DNA of 64,000 bases from Octopus vulgaris (GCA_951406725.2 OX597828.1:66650001-66714000); one strand, 5' to 3'. Positions 36,906 to 49,595 are shown, counted from the first letter of the stretch. A program made the numbers and translations. The notes: generated from the letters alone by a model not told the origin.

Positions 36906-37730
36906 TACCACCTGCAGATTTTAGCGAAGTGATCAATATTTGATTCTCACGATCAGTCGACCTAATTCTGCATTTCACTACTCACAGTTTTGAACTGCTA
37001 AACATTATTATTGCACTTTCTGAATTTGAATCTTAAACCTTAAAGACTTCATTCATACATTTCTATACATACATACTTTTTTAAATGCCCATTACTCCGA
37101 TAATTCTGCATTTTTAAAGTTACACTTTTTCCATGACAGTAGATAAATTTTTTATTCCACAGCGTATTTGTAGTGGCTTCATGCAAGCATTGCGTGGATT
37201 CGATCTTCGATTGCCAAATTTCACTTAACACTTCAACAGTGCTAGTTTTTCTGTGAATGATAGCAGTTATACATTTCCCAGATGTCTTCACTAAGCAGAA
37301 TAAGGTTTTTGCCTCTTGCCAATCGAAGCTTGGCCTTTGAATTTGCTTTCGGCCCTTTCCTGATATTAAAGTCAGCTAATGCCACATAATAACATTCTCA
37401 AGCTATGTTGTTGCATTTGCTTTTTCTAAGTGTCTAATGCTTTCTACATTGCAATCAGAATTATTTAATACCCAAAAATAGAAGTGGAAAAAGAGGAACA
37501 AGGAAAAGAATAGAAAAGAAAAAGGAAAAACAAAAAAAATTAGCTCTCCTTTTAGTTGTTTATTTTAAGTATATATTTAGACATTTTTTTACAGCTTTAT
37601 TCATTTTTATTTGAAATATGAAAATGAATAAATTTTACAAAAGACAAGAAAAAAACATGGTGTGGGAAGAGAAAAAACATCAAAGCAGTTGTGTTTAAAA
37701 AAAAAACTGGAAAAACCAGAAATCTCAATA

Positions 37731-37814
37731 ACTTCCGGTTCTAAGTTTGCCGGATAATTGGCTCGGTACTGTATTTAAAGAACGAAAGTATTTGATAGGG
37801 AAACTATATCGATA
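37731..37814. promoter_or_regulatory. ETS site and DRE palindrome
   Basis: ACTTCCGGT 37731-37739; TATCGATA 37807-37814; CpG-retaining zone. Confidence 0.3.
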
Positions 37815-38171
37815 GGACCAGTGTTTTGCATAGTAACCAATAATTTTATAGTATGGGATGTAGTCTAGTACATCACTTTTCTACAACCATCTAAACTATT
37901 GTTTAATTATGCCTATATAAATTTCCAGTTTCTCTGTAAACACTAAATTGCAACATGTCTACTCTTATTCACTGTAAACTGTTTTCTTTTAAACAGATTA
38001 CTCTTCATTTTGCTTTTGGTGTATTTTAATTCCGGTTTGTGACATTTCATGAGATTTCAGCTGCACCAGGACACAATGACTCACACATTCTATGGAAACA
38101 GGCTTGCAACTCTACGCACTCTCTAACACAGATCCTTCAAACTCACTACAAATACTACGTTTCACAATGCC

Positions 38172-38582
38172 GGATCTTTTCAGTTTGACCGGCAGTTTTT
38201 TTAAATAATTTCCATGTAACTAAACACTTTTAAACTTCGTATACTGGTAGAATGTGTTTATAAAACCTCTTTACCTCTTGGCTTTATTGAGAAAATTCTA
38301 CAGTTTGTAAGATATTTGTTGTTTTTTGCTTCAATTTCTGCAATTTCAACCAATCAATGACGTCTATTGAGGCGAAAAACATTCTGTGCCGTATGGATGT
38401 GTCCCTCGTTTAAGAAACAAATTGGGTTTATTTACATTTCTGAAGAACAAAAGATACCCTTCCCCCTAACCCTAACCCTAAAACAGATTGAAAGGCAATA
38501 TATCGATACTAGGGTCATAATTATGGATGACAATTTCATATCACACCGCTAGAAAAAACTGTCGTTCAAACCGAAAAGATCC
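38172..38582. mobile_element. GGATC-family MITE, full length
   Basis: TIRs GGATCTTTTC.GTTTGA..G.CAGTTTTTT; internal (CCCTAA)3; imperfect TSD ACAATGCC/ACAATGAT. Confidence 0.85.
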
Positions 38583-39442
38583 ACAATGATCTCATATGGC
38601 AGCCCTGACATTTAACAGTGCTGCCAACACTGGATTCCAAAAACTAGACTTCTGAGGGATCTCAGAAGCTGTAGTGTCAGCACTGAACAGTCGCAGGCCC
38701 TCTAAACTTACAAATGCCGCACACAAAAGATTACTTTTCACATATTTAGAACGACTCCTACTGGATACAAGTATCCTAGGCCTAAAATTGGCAATTTGGC
38801 AAAGATTCAGTAAGCTTACAAACAGTTTCTACTCCGTCACTTTCAGCCCTATTTGAATCAGTTACGCACCGCCTTCGCTGAAGCCCATTCAATGTACTCG
38901 ACACCACCTTTTCTCGTCATCTCTACTGTGTTTCACCACCTTCATTCCAGTTCGAAACACTTCCCCCAGTTCTTTATATGCAAAGTTGTCACATTTTTTT
39001 AAAGGGGTCATCAACTCAGAAAGGTTCAAAGTGAAACAGAAGAATCCGCGGAAACTAGAGATGCATCGGCAAAAAGGACGAAAGTTCACAAACTAGAATA
39101 AATTATTTCGCTGTGAGGAAGAGGAGAAATAATTTATTCTATTTCACGATCTTTTATTACAAAAAGTCTATCAACCGTAGCAACTGTCCTCGCCTGGGAG
39201 GCCCTACGAAGGTCATGGGCTCCTCCTCTACTCTAAATGAAAATCAAAACAAAACATCAAATGAATATTATTATGCCATTTTCCTTTAGTTACATAATTT
39301 AAGTATTTTTTTCCTTCAGTTTTCCATAATTTAATATCGTTACTACTCTCTCTCTTTCTCTTTCCTGCTCTCGCTTTTTGACCCCCATTTTGTTCTTTAT
39401 TTTCAGATTTTCTTTTTCTTGATCCGTTCTATATTTTTATTC

Positions 39443-39695
39443 GGTACTACTTGAGAACAGTGGTCCCGGTGCGTGCACTCGCGTACTCACGCATCCGCGC
39501 CAGCTAGTCATGACTAGTCGATCCTTACTTTGTGTTTTTGTGTTTTATTTACTTTGTTTAACAAAAATTTATTTACTTTGTGTAAAAAAAATTATTTATT
39601 TTGTGTTTTATTTACTTTGTAGGATCGACTAGTCACGACTAGCTAGCGCGGATGCGTGACTGCGCGCACCGGGACCACTGTTCGCTAGTAGTACC
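39443..39695. mobile_element. GGTAC-family MITE, copy 5
   Basis: TIRs; 9-bp TSD TTTTTATTC. Confidence 0.9.
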
Positions 39696-40444
39696 TTTTT
39701 ATTCTCACTATCCTCAATCTCTGCATCTTTTTCATTCTCTTTATATATGTTATTTTCTTGTTGATTAAATTGACACTGATGCTTGACCGGTACTTTATTT
39801 CATCGTCCTCACAAAGATGACAGAGGCAAAGTCGACCTCAGCAGGATTTGAATGGAGAAATGTAGAGTGATACAAACTTAGCGCCAAGTATTTTGCCCGA
39901 CATACTAATGATTTTTTGTCAATTCATTAGGAAATGTAAAGTAAAATATGTAAAGGCATAAAATAATAAATAATCTAAATTTTAGCACCAAGAAAAGAAG
40001 CTACAATATTTCCAACAACTGAACTACTACAAAGTTCAAGAAAGAAAAGAAAAAAAAAGTACGATGCATCTTTGCCATTTGAATGCGAGAATGCTAATGT
40101 CAGACAGGCAAAGCTTGTGAGAAAAATTAATGAATTGCGGAATATGTACGTTAATTGGTATTTCTCTCTTAACTTCGACCACATCGTAATATTGAGGAAA
40201 TAATTAAATTGGAAAACTTTCACTCAAGCAATAAAGCTTCAGTCATGTGCATCAGTATTTGTATTGTATAAGATAGATTTCAATTTTATTTGGCATGATG
40301 TTAATGACTTCTCGCTGAGCAACAAAACCTGCAAAAATGAGTTAGAGTGTAAATGTTTAGAATATTTTGAATTCCACTAACACACTCGTCTATTTCATAA
40401 GTTTGTAGGAGAGTTGCTTCATCTCAGTTTAATAAATTCTTCTT

Positions 40445-40871
40445 GGATCTTTTCGGTTTGAACGGCAGTTTGTAACATAATTTCTAGGTAACTAAAAAAT
40501 TTTAAACTTCGTATACTGGTAGAATGTGTTTATAAAACATCTTTTTCTCTTGGCTTTATTGAGAAAATTCTATAGTTTATAAAGATAGTTGTTGTTGTTT
40601 TTTCTTCAATTTCTGCAATTTCAACCAATCAATGACGTCTATTGAGGTGAAAACATTCTGTGCCGTATGAATATGTCCCTCGTTTAAGAAACAGATTGGG
40701 TTTATTTACATTTGTGAAGAAAAAAGATACCCTTCCCCCCACCCCTAAACCTAACTAACCCTAACCCTAAAACAGATTGAAATGCAATAGATCGATACTA
40801 GGGTCATAATTATGGGTGACAATTTCATATGACACCACTAGAAAAAACTGCCGTTCAAACCGAAAAGATCC
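40445..40871. mobile_element. GGATC-family MITE, full length
   Basis: Perfect TIR GGATCTTTTCGGTTTGAACGGCAGTTT; internal CCCTAA repeats. Confidence 0.9.
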
Positions 40872-40935
40872 ATTTCTTCTTTCAATATAAAATTATGAGG
40901 CATTTTCTTACATACATCAGAAGTTTTATATTACA

Positions 40936-41447
40936 CTAGCAGTATCGCCCGGCGTTGCTCGGGTTTGTAAGGGAAATAACTATATAAGCATTTTTAGAGA
41001 GTTACTTCCCTTATAGATGCCAATTCGGGCTTTCTTAGCCATTTCTGTTTTGGTGTCTTCAAGCCATGAAGTCGTTGTTCTAAAAGAATGCTGGTCTCCT
41101 TGACAACGCTTTACGACGTTAATTTCCTTACACTCCCTTCCCCACAGCTTCACGAGGGAGGGAAGAAGGGGGAGAAGCAAACAGGTGCAGGTGTGACCAT
41201 GGACGCCATCTCCGCCGCCATCGGCACACGAAAAATTATGCATTAAAATGGAATAAAAAATGATGTTAAATTATTTTTAAAATCGTAGACTCATCGTAGA
41301 CGCGCGCTAATACTCAGACGGCTCGATATGAACCACGACTATAAGATACCTGAATTTGGTTAAACTGCACCGTAAAATGTGGGAGTAATTAGGAATCTAA
41401 ATCGAAGGGGACAGACACTCACACAACTACAGTTTTATATATATAGA
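40936..41447 (-). mobile_element. non-autonomous Helitron
   Basis: Minus A|TCTATATAT...CCCGAGCAACGCCGGG hairpin...CTAG|T, inserted in AT without TSD. Confidence 0.8.
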
Positions 41448-42290
41448 TATGATTACAATTGTATATTCAGTATATGGAGCATAAAATACCTGATAAGGAA
41501 TAATTATGTGATGAGAAAAGGACAACAATAGCTCAGTGACTAACTATATTTTATTCATATCAGCAAAAGCAGGAGAGAATTCTGGACATGTTTAGTCACA
41601 TTAGAGTTCCTCGGTAAAAGAGACTTTTACTCATTCTAGTCTTCTAACTATGTATTTATTACTCACTATGTTAAATATGCTGCAGGAATATTGGCTGAGT
41701 CCTAAACACCAACATACTGCCTTGGAATTGAACCCAAACTCACTGTGTTCAGACGTTAAAGTAATTGTAAATACTGAACAAAATCGTGCCAAGTACTGAT
41801 TACGTCAGCAAATAAGTCCCTAGTAAATACATTAAAAACTTGTTTTATTCAGTAGCTAGGTCATCATCATCGTTTAACGTTCGTTTTCCATGCTAGCATG
41901 GGTTGGACAGTTTGATAAGAGCTGGCCAAGCTCCAACTGTCTGTTTTGGTAAGGTTTCTATGGCTACATCCGTGCGATAATGAAGAAAGTTACATATTAA
42001 TTAGTTTGAACAATGTAACTTTTACAAAAAAGAAGCAATTATTAAAGTCTACACTCTCTAGCAAATTCTTATAAATTCCATTCCTAGCTCCTTTTCTTGA
42101 AGATTTCAACCACAGGATGTATTTTTAATTCACTGTGAGATAGTAGTTTTTTTAACATCTTATTTCCTACTCTCTTGCTCTTTTCATCTTTTCTTTGTTT
42201 ACTGCTAGCTAGTTCAATTAGTCTTTCTCTGTCTCTATCCATATAACTTTTCCTCTCTCACTCTTAGCCTCAGTTTCTTTGCTTGCAACA

Positions 42291-42292
<2 letters not shown>

Positions 42293-42356
<64 letters not shown>
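42293..42356. repeat. (CT)n microsatellite
   Basis: Visible directly. Confidence 0.95.
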
Positions 42357-42360
<4 letters not shown>

Positions 42361-42611
42361 TCTGCCTTTGATTATCTTCATTGAAATAAGTTATATTACA
42401 AAATTTTCCTTTTAAATACTTTGAGAATATTTGTGAACATTTTTACACTATATCTATTTATCATATTAAAATTACATAGAAATTTTATATTTCAAGTTTA
42501 ATTCAGTTATTCGCAAATATGCATAATACAATATATACGTTATGTACTATTTGCTTCCATCTTTCAATTCAACATATACTAGTAGAAGACCACCCAAAGA
42601 GCAGTGTTTCT

Positions 42612-42898
42612 CATCATCATCATCATCATCATCATCGTTTAACGTCCGTTTTCCATGCTAGCATGGGTTGGACGGTTCAACTGGGGTCTAGGAAGCCAGG
42701 AGGCTGCACCTGGCTCCTGTCTTGATCTGGCAGTGTTTCTACAGCTGGATACCCTTCCTAACGCCAACCACTCCGTGAGTGTAGTGGGTGCTTTTTACGT
42801 GCCACCGGCACAGGTGCCAGGGGAGGCTGGCAACAGCCACGATCGGTTGGTGGTTTTTATGTGCCACTGACAGGGAAGCCAGTCAAGGCGGCGCTGGC
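42612..42898 (-). mobile_element. RTE LINE 3' end
   Basis: 3' UTR signature. Confidence 0.85.
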
Positions 42899-43358
42899 TA
42901 CAATTTAGGTATCATTAAGCTGATTAGAGAAAGGAGTTGAAATCAGCTGAAAGCCAAAGAAAAATTAATGTTACAATTCTCTCACTGTGTATAGCAGTGA
43001 ATTTACTATATTTATATTACCTGTATTCATTTTGGTGAACTCAGCTGACAGGAGTTAAATGTTGAAGCTACAGACTTGACAAGATATTAACATTCAACCT
43101 TACATTGTACCTTAGCACTGTGACTCAGCAAATAGATACTTCACTTTCACTATGCACCTTCTGTCTACAACAGTATCTTATTACTCATGTTGCACTACAT
43201 ATCCCTGGGGTGTTAAGAGTTAAATGAATTATGAATTACTGACCTCTTTGCTTACTGTTTGAAACCTTATCAGACGACTATCTGTATGGACGTGACGCAT
43301 TGCTGTACTCAAGGAGACCCGCTTGCCACAACAGAATTGTGATCCTAAAGCCAAAGTG

Positions 43359-43591
43359 CCTGTTTCTTTACTATCCAGAAGGGGCTAAACATAGAGAGGA
43401 CAAACAAGGACAGACAAATGGATTAAGTCGATTATGTCGACCCCAGTGCATAACTGGTATTTATTTAATCGACCTCGAAACGATGAAAGGCAAAGACGAC
43501 CTCGGCAGAATTTGAACTCAGAACGTAACGGCAGACGAAATACCGCTAAGCATTTCGCCAGGCGTGCTAACGGTTCTGCCAACTCGCTGCC
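43359..43591 (-). mobile_element. SINE family B inserted in an RTE 3' UTR
   Basis: Flanked by direct repeat AAAGCCAAAGTGCC. Confidence 0.85.
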
Positions 43592-44329
43592 TAAAGCCAA
43601 AGTGCCATGTAAAGAACATTGGTGATGGCACCATGTATATCTAGTACTCTCTGTGGAGTGGTTGGCATTAAGCAAAGGCATCCAGTAGCAGAAACCAAGC
43701 CAAAAGAGACTATGGACTCTTGTGCAGCCCATGGCCTTGCTAGTTTGATGTTAAACCATCAAACTGTCTTCTGTGCCAGCATGGAAGACAGGCATTAAAT
43801 GAGGATTTATTTTCTACTCCTCACACTTTGTTGACCTTCCAGGAAGACCAGCCTTTTACAGATATTCTACAACATGTTGCTGGTTATGATTAGAGTTATG
43901 TAAATGCACTAGCATAGCTGGGGGGGGGTTCACTCCAGGCAGAACTTTTAAAGGGGTACCACTTTTGGGTCTGCTGTAGACAATATGTGTCTTTTGTCTG
44001 GTCCAAAGGCAGCAAACAGAAGGGCTGCCCCAGGCAGCACACACTCTAGCTACACTAATGGGTACTTGCAGTGGTTTGTTTGTGTGACATATCTTTCCCA
44101 GGGGTTTTATGATAAGCCTTCTGGTTTCACTTGATTGAACTCTATATCTGCTTTGAAAGAATTACTTAGGAAATGAAAGTTATAGTAATATCAATGGTGT
44201 GGGAGGGGGGCAGCAGTGGCAGTGATCGGGAAATTGGGAGCTGACTTGGCAGTTTATTAGAGGTAGTTGATAATTATGGTGGTGGTGATGGTGCTGCTGT
44301 TGCTGCTGCTGCTGCTTGTTTGTTGAGTG

Positions 44330-44678
44330 AAGCGGTCTTCGTCCTTGGGAGAAGTCCAATACGTGGTCCTTTGCTATTCGTAAGACCTGCAGAAGAGAAA
44401 GCAAGTCAACCCCCGACACCGAGAGCATCGACGGATGGATGAATGCGCATCCAGGCTCAGCGGTTGTGGAGGAAGTCAGGGACAAGAAACAGGAAGAAAG
44501 AGCGAGAGAAAGTTGGAGTGAAAGAGTACAACAGGGGTCACCACCACCCCCTGCCGGAGCCTCGGGGAGCTTTAGGTGTTTTCGCTCAATAAACACACAC
44601 AATACCTGGTCTGGGAATCGAAACCACAATCCTCCGACCACGAGTCCGCTGCCCTAACCACTGGGCCATTGCGCCTCC
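44330..44678 (-). mobile_element. tRNA-derived SINE family D
   Basis: GGAGGCGCAATGGCCCAGTGGTTAGGGCAGC...GGTTTCGATTCCC; second copy 57088-57292. Confidence 0.8.
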
Positions 44679-44695
44679 TGCTGCTGCTGCTGCTG

Positions 44696-44747
<52 letters not shown>
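44679..44747. repeat. (CTG)n(CTA)n microsatellite
   Basis: Visible directly; source of poly-L/poly-S ORFs. Confidence 0.95.
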
Positions 44748-45404
44748 ATTTCAAAAGATTTAATTTAAAAAGAAATAAAATTTATTATCACTGGATTGAG
44801 AGATATATTAAAAAAAAAAAAAGCAGTAAGTTTATTTAGGACTAAATGAAAAATACCCATGTTTACAAAAGAACAAAGTAAAACCAATTTCTCAATAGGT
44901 TAGATGCATTCCTTCTAAATTGCTCGATAAGGTTGTTTTAAAATAGCTTAACAAGGAAACTAGACATACTGACTTGATATAGTTAATTGAATAAATGTCT
45001 GCTTTTTGGGCTGGAGTGTGTGTTAGTTCACAAACAAAACCTGTCAGTCGGGTTATGTCATTATCTTGAAAAAGAAAAACAAAACTACTCTTACACATAC
45101 ACTCATAGATTTATGCATTCACAAATTAACATCGGCTGACTATTAAGATCATTTTTTTTTTGACCTGATAAGGTGACATCATTTAAAGTGATCTGTCAAA
45201 TGTGCTGATTAGTTGCTTTTAGCCTCAGCTGTTTTATTATATCAGTATTAATAGGGCAATATTTTTTTTCTTTTCAGTGTATGAACATTGACATTATCAT
45301 TCATCAATAGCCTCACCATTAATATTATCGTCAACACAGCAATAGTATCCTTTTCTGTCCTTCTGTAAATCCAAACATTCAAGTTTCTTACACCTTTCAG
45401 CTTA

Positions 45405-45817
45405 TACTCTTTACTCTCTTTTTTATTCTTTTACTTGTTTCAGTCATTTGACTGCGGCCATGCTGGAGCACTGCCTTTAGTCGAGCAAATCGACCCCGGG
45501 ACTTATTCTTTGTAAGCCCAGTACTTATTCTATCGGTCTCTTTTGCCGAACCGCTAAGTGACGGGGACGTAAACACACCAGCATCGGTTGTCAAGCAATG
45601 CTAGGGGGACAAACACACACACACATACACACATATATATACATATATACGACAGGCTTCTTTTCAGTTTCCATCTACCAAATCCACATCCACTCACAAG
45701 GCATTGGTCGGCCCGGGGCTATAGCAGAAGACACTTGCCCAAGATGCCACGCAGTGGGACTGAACCCGGAACCATGTGGCTGGTAAGCAAGCTACTTACC
45801 ACACAGCCACTCCTGCA
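45405..45817 (-). mobile_element. SINE family A
   Basis: Full-length match. Confidence 0.9.
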
Positions 45818-46401
45818 CCTTAACAGGAGTGGCTGTTATGTGCACTTTAACACTTTAACATTCAGATTACTGTCAAATATAATACTTATTTAGTCATGTT
45901 ATTTTGAATTAATTACACATTTATCTTGTAGGCTTCAAGACTTTGATGATGGGATTATTCTTAGAATGACATTATAGGGAAGCTGTGAGAGGTTGGATCT
46001 GGTCAGTTTCAGAACAAAACAGATAAAATACTTGTGGGAGATGTGGCTGGTTTTTAATGCTGACAGGTTAAGCCTTAAAAACCAGCCATATCTCTCACTA
46101 GCACGGGGCTCGAGTGCCAGTAATGCGACACTGGTAACGATCACACTCGAATGGTGCCTTTTAAGTGTCAATGGCACGGAAGCCGGTTAGCCGCTCAGTC
46201 AATGACCACACTCGTATGGTGCTCTTTGCACCCTGCTAGCACGGACGCCAGTCATCGAATTTGATTTTGATTTTTGATTTCACTTGCCTCAACAGGTCTT
46301 CGCAAGCAGAGTTTTAGTGTCCAAAGAAGGAAAAGGTATGCATAAGTGGGCTGGTAACGCCCCTGGCATAGGTCACAAGATTATGGTCTCATTTGGCTGC
46401 T

Positions 46402-46442
<41 letters not shown>

Positions 46443-46486
46443 TATAATATATTATTATATTATATATATATATGTATGTATATATA

Positions 46487-46745
46487 GTTAATCCAAACAA
46501 GAACAAGCATGAAAAGACAACACGAGGACATGGAACAGGTTCTGTGTTATTGGACACTCAGGGAAGGGAAGAAAAGAAAGAGGATTTCATACTTCGAGCA
46601 AAGCTCTTCATCAGAAATATAGAAAAAGTCCAAAGAAGGGAAGATGGACAAAGAAAATCGCCAACAATGCACATGCGGTCACATATTGAAATGACTGGAA
46701 GGGAATTGGTGAAGAAAAAGTTCTTTCTAAGACAGGAGAGTGCAA
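46487..46745 (-). mobile_element. Penelope-like pseudo-LTR fragment with hammerhead relic
   Basis: Abuts (TA)n; minus CTGATGA-A-GAGC-TTT-GCTC-GAAG. Confidence 0.5.
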
Positions 46746-46754
46746 GAGAAGGAG

Positions 46755-47542
46755 GTGTGTGTGTGTGTGCACAGATTTGTGTGTGTGTGTGTAATGGTAG
46801 CATGTGTATGTGCATATGTGTTTGTGTGTGTGTGTGTGGTTGTGGCTGTTTATGTATGTGTGTGGTTGGACTTAGTGTTGCTTAAGGTCATAGGAAGAAT
46901 TTATAGAAAGAATTTTGGTAGGAGTGGCTGTCTGTTGTGTGTCTCCCTACACATGTGCAATGGTCAGTAGAAAGGTGTTTAACTGGTAGTTTGATGTGTG
47001 TGTGTGTGTGTGTTTTGTATATAGTGTGTGTCTGTGTGTGTGTACGTGTTGGTATGTGTGTATGTGTGAGGTTGTGTGTGGGGTTGTGTCTGTGGAGTCT
47101 ATGTGTGTGTGTGTTCATGTATGTATAATTCTGTGCATGTATGTATGAGTGTGTGTTGTGTGTGGATAGGAGGTATGTGTGGGTTCATTTGCATGTGTGT
47201 GTGTGTGTATATGTGTGTATGTATGTGCGTGTGTATTTTATGTGTGTGGGCCTGTGTCTGTGAACGAGGGGTTGTGTGGGAAGGTATATGCATATTTTTT
47301 GCACATGTATGTGTGTGCATGTGTATGTGTAGTTGTGTGTGTGTGCAGATGTGTATACATGTATGTGTAGAGTTGTGAGTGTTAGATATGTGTGCATGCA
47401 TATGTGTGTATGTGCGTCAATATGTGTATGCATGTGCATGTATGTATATATTGTGTGTGTGTGTGGGTGTATGTGTGTGTGTGTGTATGTATGTGTGCAT
47501 GTGCCTGCATGTGTATGTGCATGTGTGTGTGTGTGTATATGT

Positions 47543-47575
<33 letters not shown>
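46755..47575. repeat. degenerate (TG)n tract
   Basis: Visible directly. Confidence 0.95.
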
Positions 47576-47576
<1 letters not shown>

Positions 47577-48305
47577 GGAGAAAGAGGCAGAGAGAGAGGA
47601 GAAATAAATAAATAGATAGCCAGGAGGATGTGATATGAAGATACACACATATAGAAGAGAAGCAGTTCTGCATCTGTCTGTCTGTCTACCAGCATCTATT
47701 ACAGGGAAGGAAAGAAGAGGAGGAATCAAAATATACGTCACAATGTACTTTAAAAGTTGTTGAGAGAGAAATACAGGGAGAGAGTGTGTAAAAGATAGAA
47801 TGATAGATAGATAGATAGATAGACAGACAGTCAGACAGATAGTATTGTCACTATAGTAACTGACAAAGTTTATTAAAAACACAGGAATTTTAAATGCAAG
47901 TCTGTCAACACAATGCAACACAGTGTCAAAGAAAAATGACTTTCATTATATAACAATATAGTTATTTTTTGGTTGTTTGTGTGTGTACCTCTGTGTCTAT
48001 GTGTTTCTGTATGTCTTTCAACTTTAGAGACTATGCACTGTTTCACAATAATGACAGGTTGTTGTGTTGCTGAGAGAAAAATTCAATGAAAGAGAGAGGT
48101 GTTAGTATCACAAGCAGGCTGTTTCATTGATCAGGTCTACCGGAACCCTCATTGTTGTAACTGACAGAGTGCCAGTATAGTATATATATATATATATATA
48201 TATATATACTACTAATACAGGATGAAGTTTTTTTTCTCTACAGAAAAAAATTTCATCAAGAAATGTGGCAGCATATTAAAATAACTTTACAGTTAAAATT
48301 ATAAA

Positions 48306-48848
48306 CAACTTATAAGTAAGGGCTAAAGAAAATTATTTCAAAGCCAATATGCTGATAAAAGATTATTAAATCGTCAATTTCCACATATAATATACTCGCT
48401 ACAGCAAAGACAGAAGAACTGAAGTCGGGCAAACTGGCCGTTAGAATTTCTAAATATTCGTTATCTCTATATTGAATCAATTTAGGAATTAATCTCATAA
48501 AAAATTTATTCCTCTTCGATAGAGCTTACAAAAGAATATAAATGAGATACTTACATGCGCCCATGGAAAAAGCCGAAGCAAAAAACATGAGTATGGGCAC
48601 ATGTAAGTATCTCATTTATATTCTTTCGTAAGCTCTACTGAAGAGGAATAAATTTTTTATGAGATTAATTCCGAAATTGATTCAAAATAGAGATAATGAA
48701 TATTTAGAAATTCTAACGGCCAGTTTGCCCGACTTCAGTTCTTCTGTCTTTGCTGTAGCAGTATATTATATGTGGAAATTGACGATTTAATAATCTGTTA
48801 TCAGCATATTGGCTTTGAAATAATTTTCTTTAGCCCTTACTTATAAGT

Positions 48849-48850
<2 letters not shown>
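48306..48850. mobile_element. 545-bp foldback (arms 48306-48564 / 48593-48850), Penelope-like, hammerhead in each arm
   Basis: Near-identical inverted arms, 28-nt spacer, adjacent (TA)n. Confidence 0.75.
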
Positions 48851-48895
<45 letters not shown>

Positions 48896-49595
48896 TTTAC
48901 TTATTTCAATTATTAGACTGTGGCTATGCTGTGACACTGACTTGAAGAATTTTAATTGAATGAATCACCCCTAGTATTTATTTTTTTAAGCCTGGTACTT
49001 CTTCTATCAGTCTCTTTTGCTGAACTACTAAGTTATGGGGACATAAACACACCAGCATTAGTTGTCAAGTGGTGGTGGTGGTGATAAACACAGACACAAA
49101 GACACACACGCATGGCATGGGTTGGATGGTTTGACAGAAGATGGCCAGGTGGAGAGCTGCTTAGACTTTATTTGTCTATTTTGGCATGATTTCTATGGCT
49201 GGATGCTCTTCCTTATGCCAACCACTTTTCACAGAGTGTGAGGACATCCAGAACAGATACAGAAGTATGGTGCAGACTTCTACTTGGCCAGCTCCTGTTA
49301 AACCGTCCAACCCATGCCAGCATGGAAGGAGGACATTAAATGATGATGATGGTGATGATGACACCGACCCAGACGCTTTCATGTGGCACTTGCACAGACG
49401 CTTTCATGTGGCATTCAGGCACTTTCACATGGCATTGGCACTGGCATTTTTATGTGGCACCAGCATCCATGAACCTGCAAGTTTAGGATCTTTCAGCTGA
49501 GAGAGGGGTGTAGAGGACATTCCTGTATGTATGGACGGCCACGTTTTTACTTAGCTCAGACAATCTCTCAGTAAATTTGGATTTTATAACAATGA

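Noticed and set aside
43250-43285. Additional hammerhead (minus CTGATAAGG...CAAACAGTA)
   Set aside because: Core and stems too degenerate to support
44600-44678. tRNA gene (also 17457 and 57220)
   Set aside because: SINE heads without an acceptor stem, continuing into repeat bodies
46472-47921. Cys-, His- and Val-rich ORFs (also 1716-2485, 27422-27806, 53918-54371)
   Set aside because: Translations of dinucleotide and trinucleotide microsatellites
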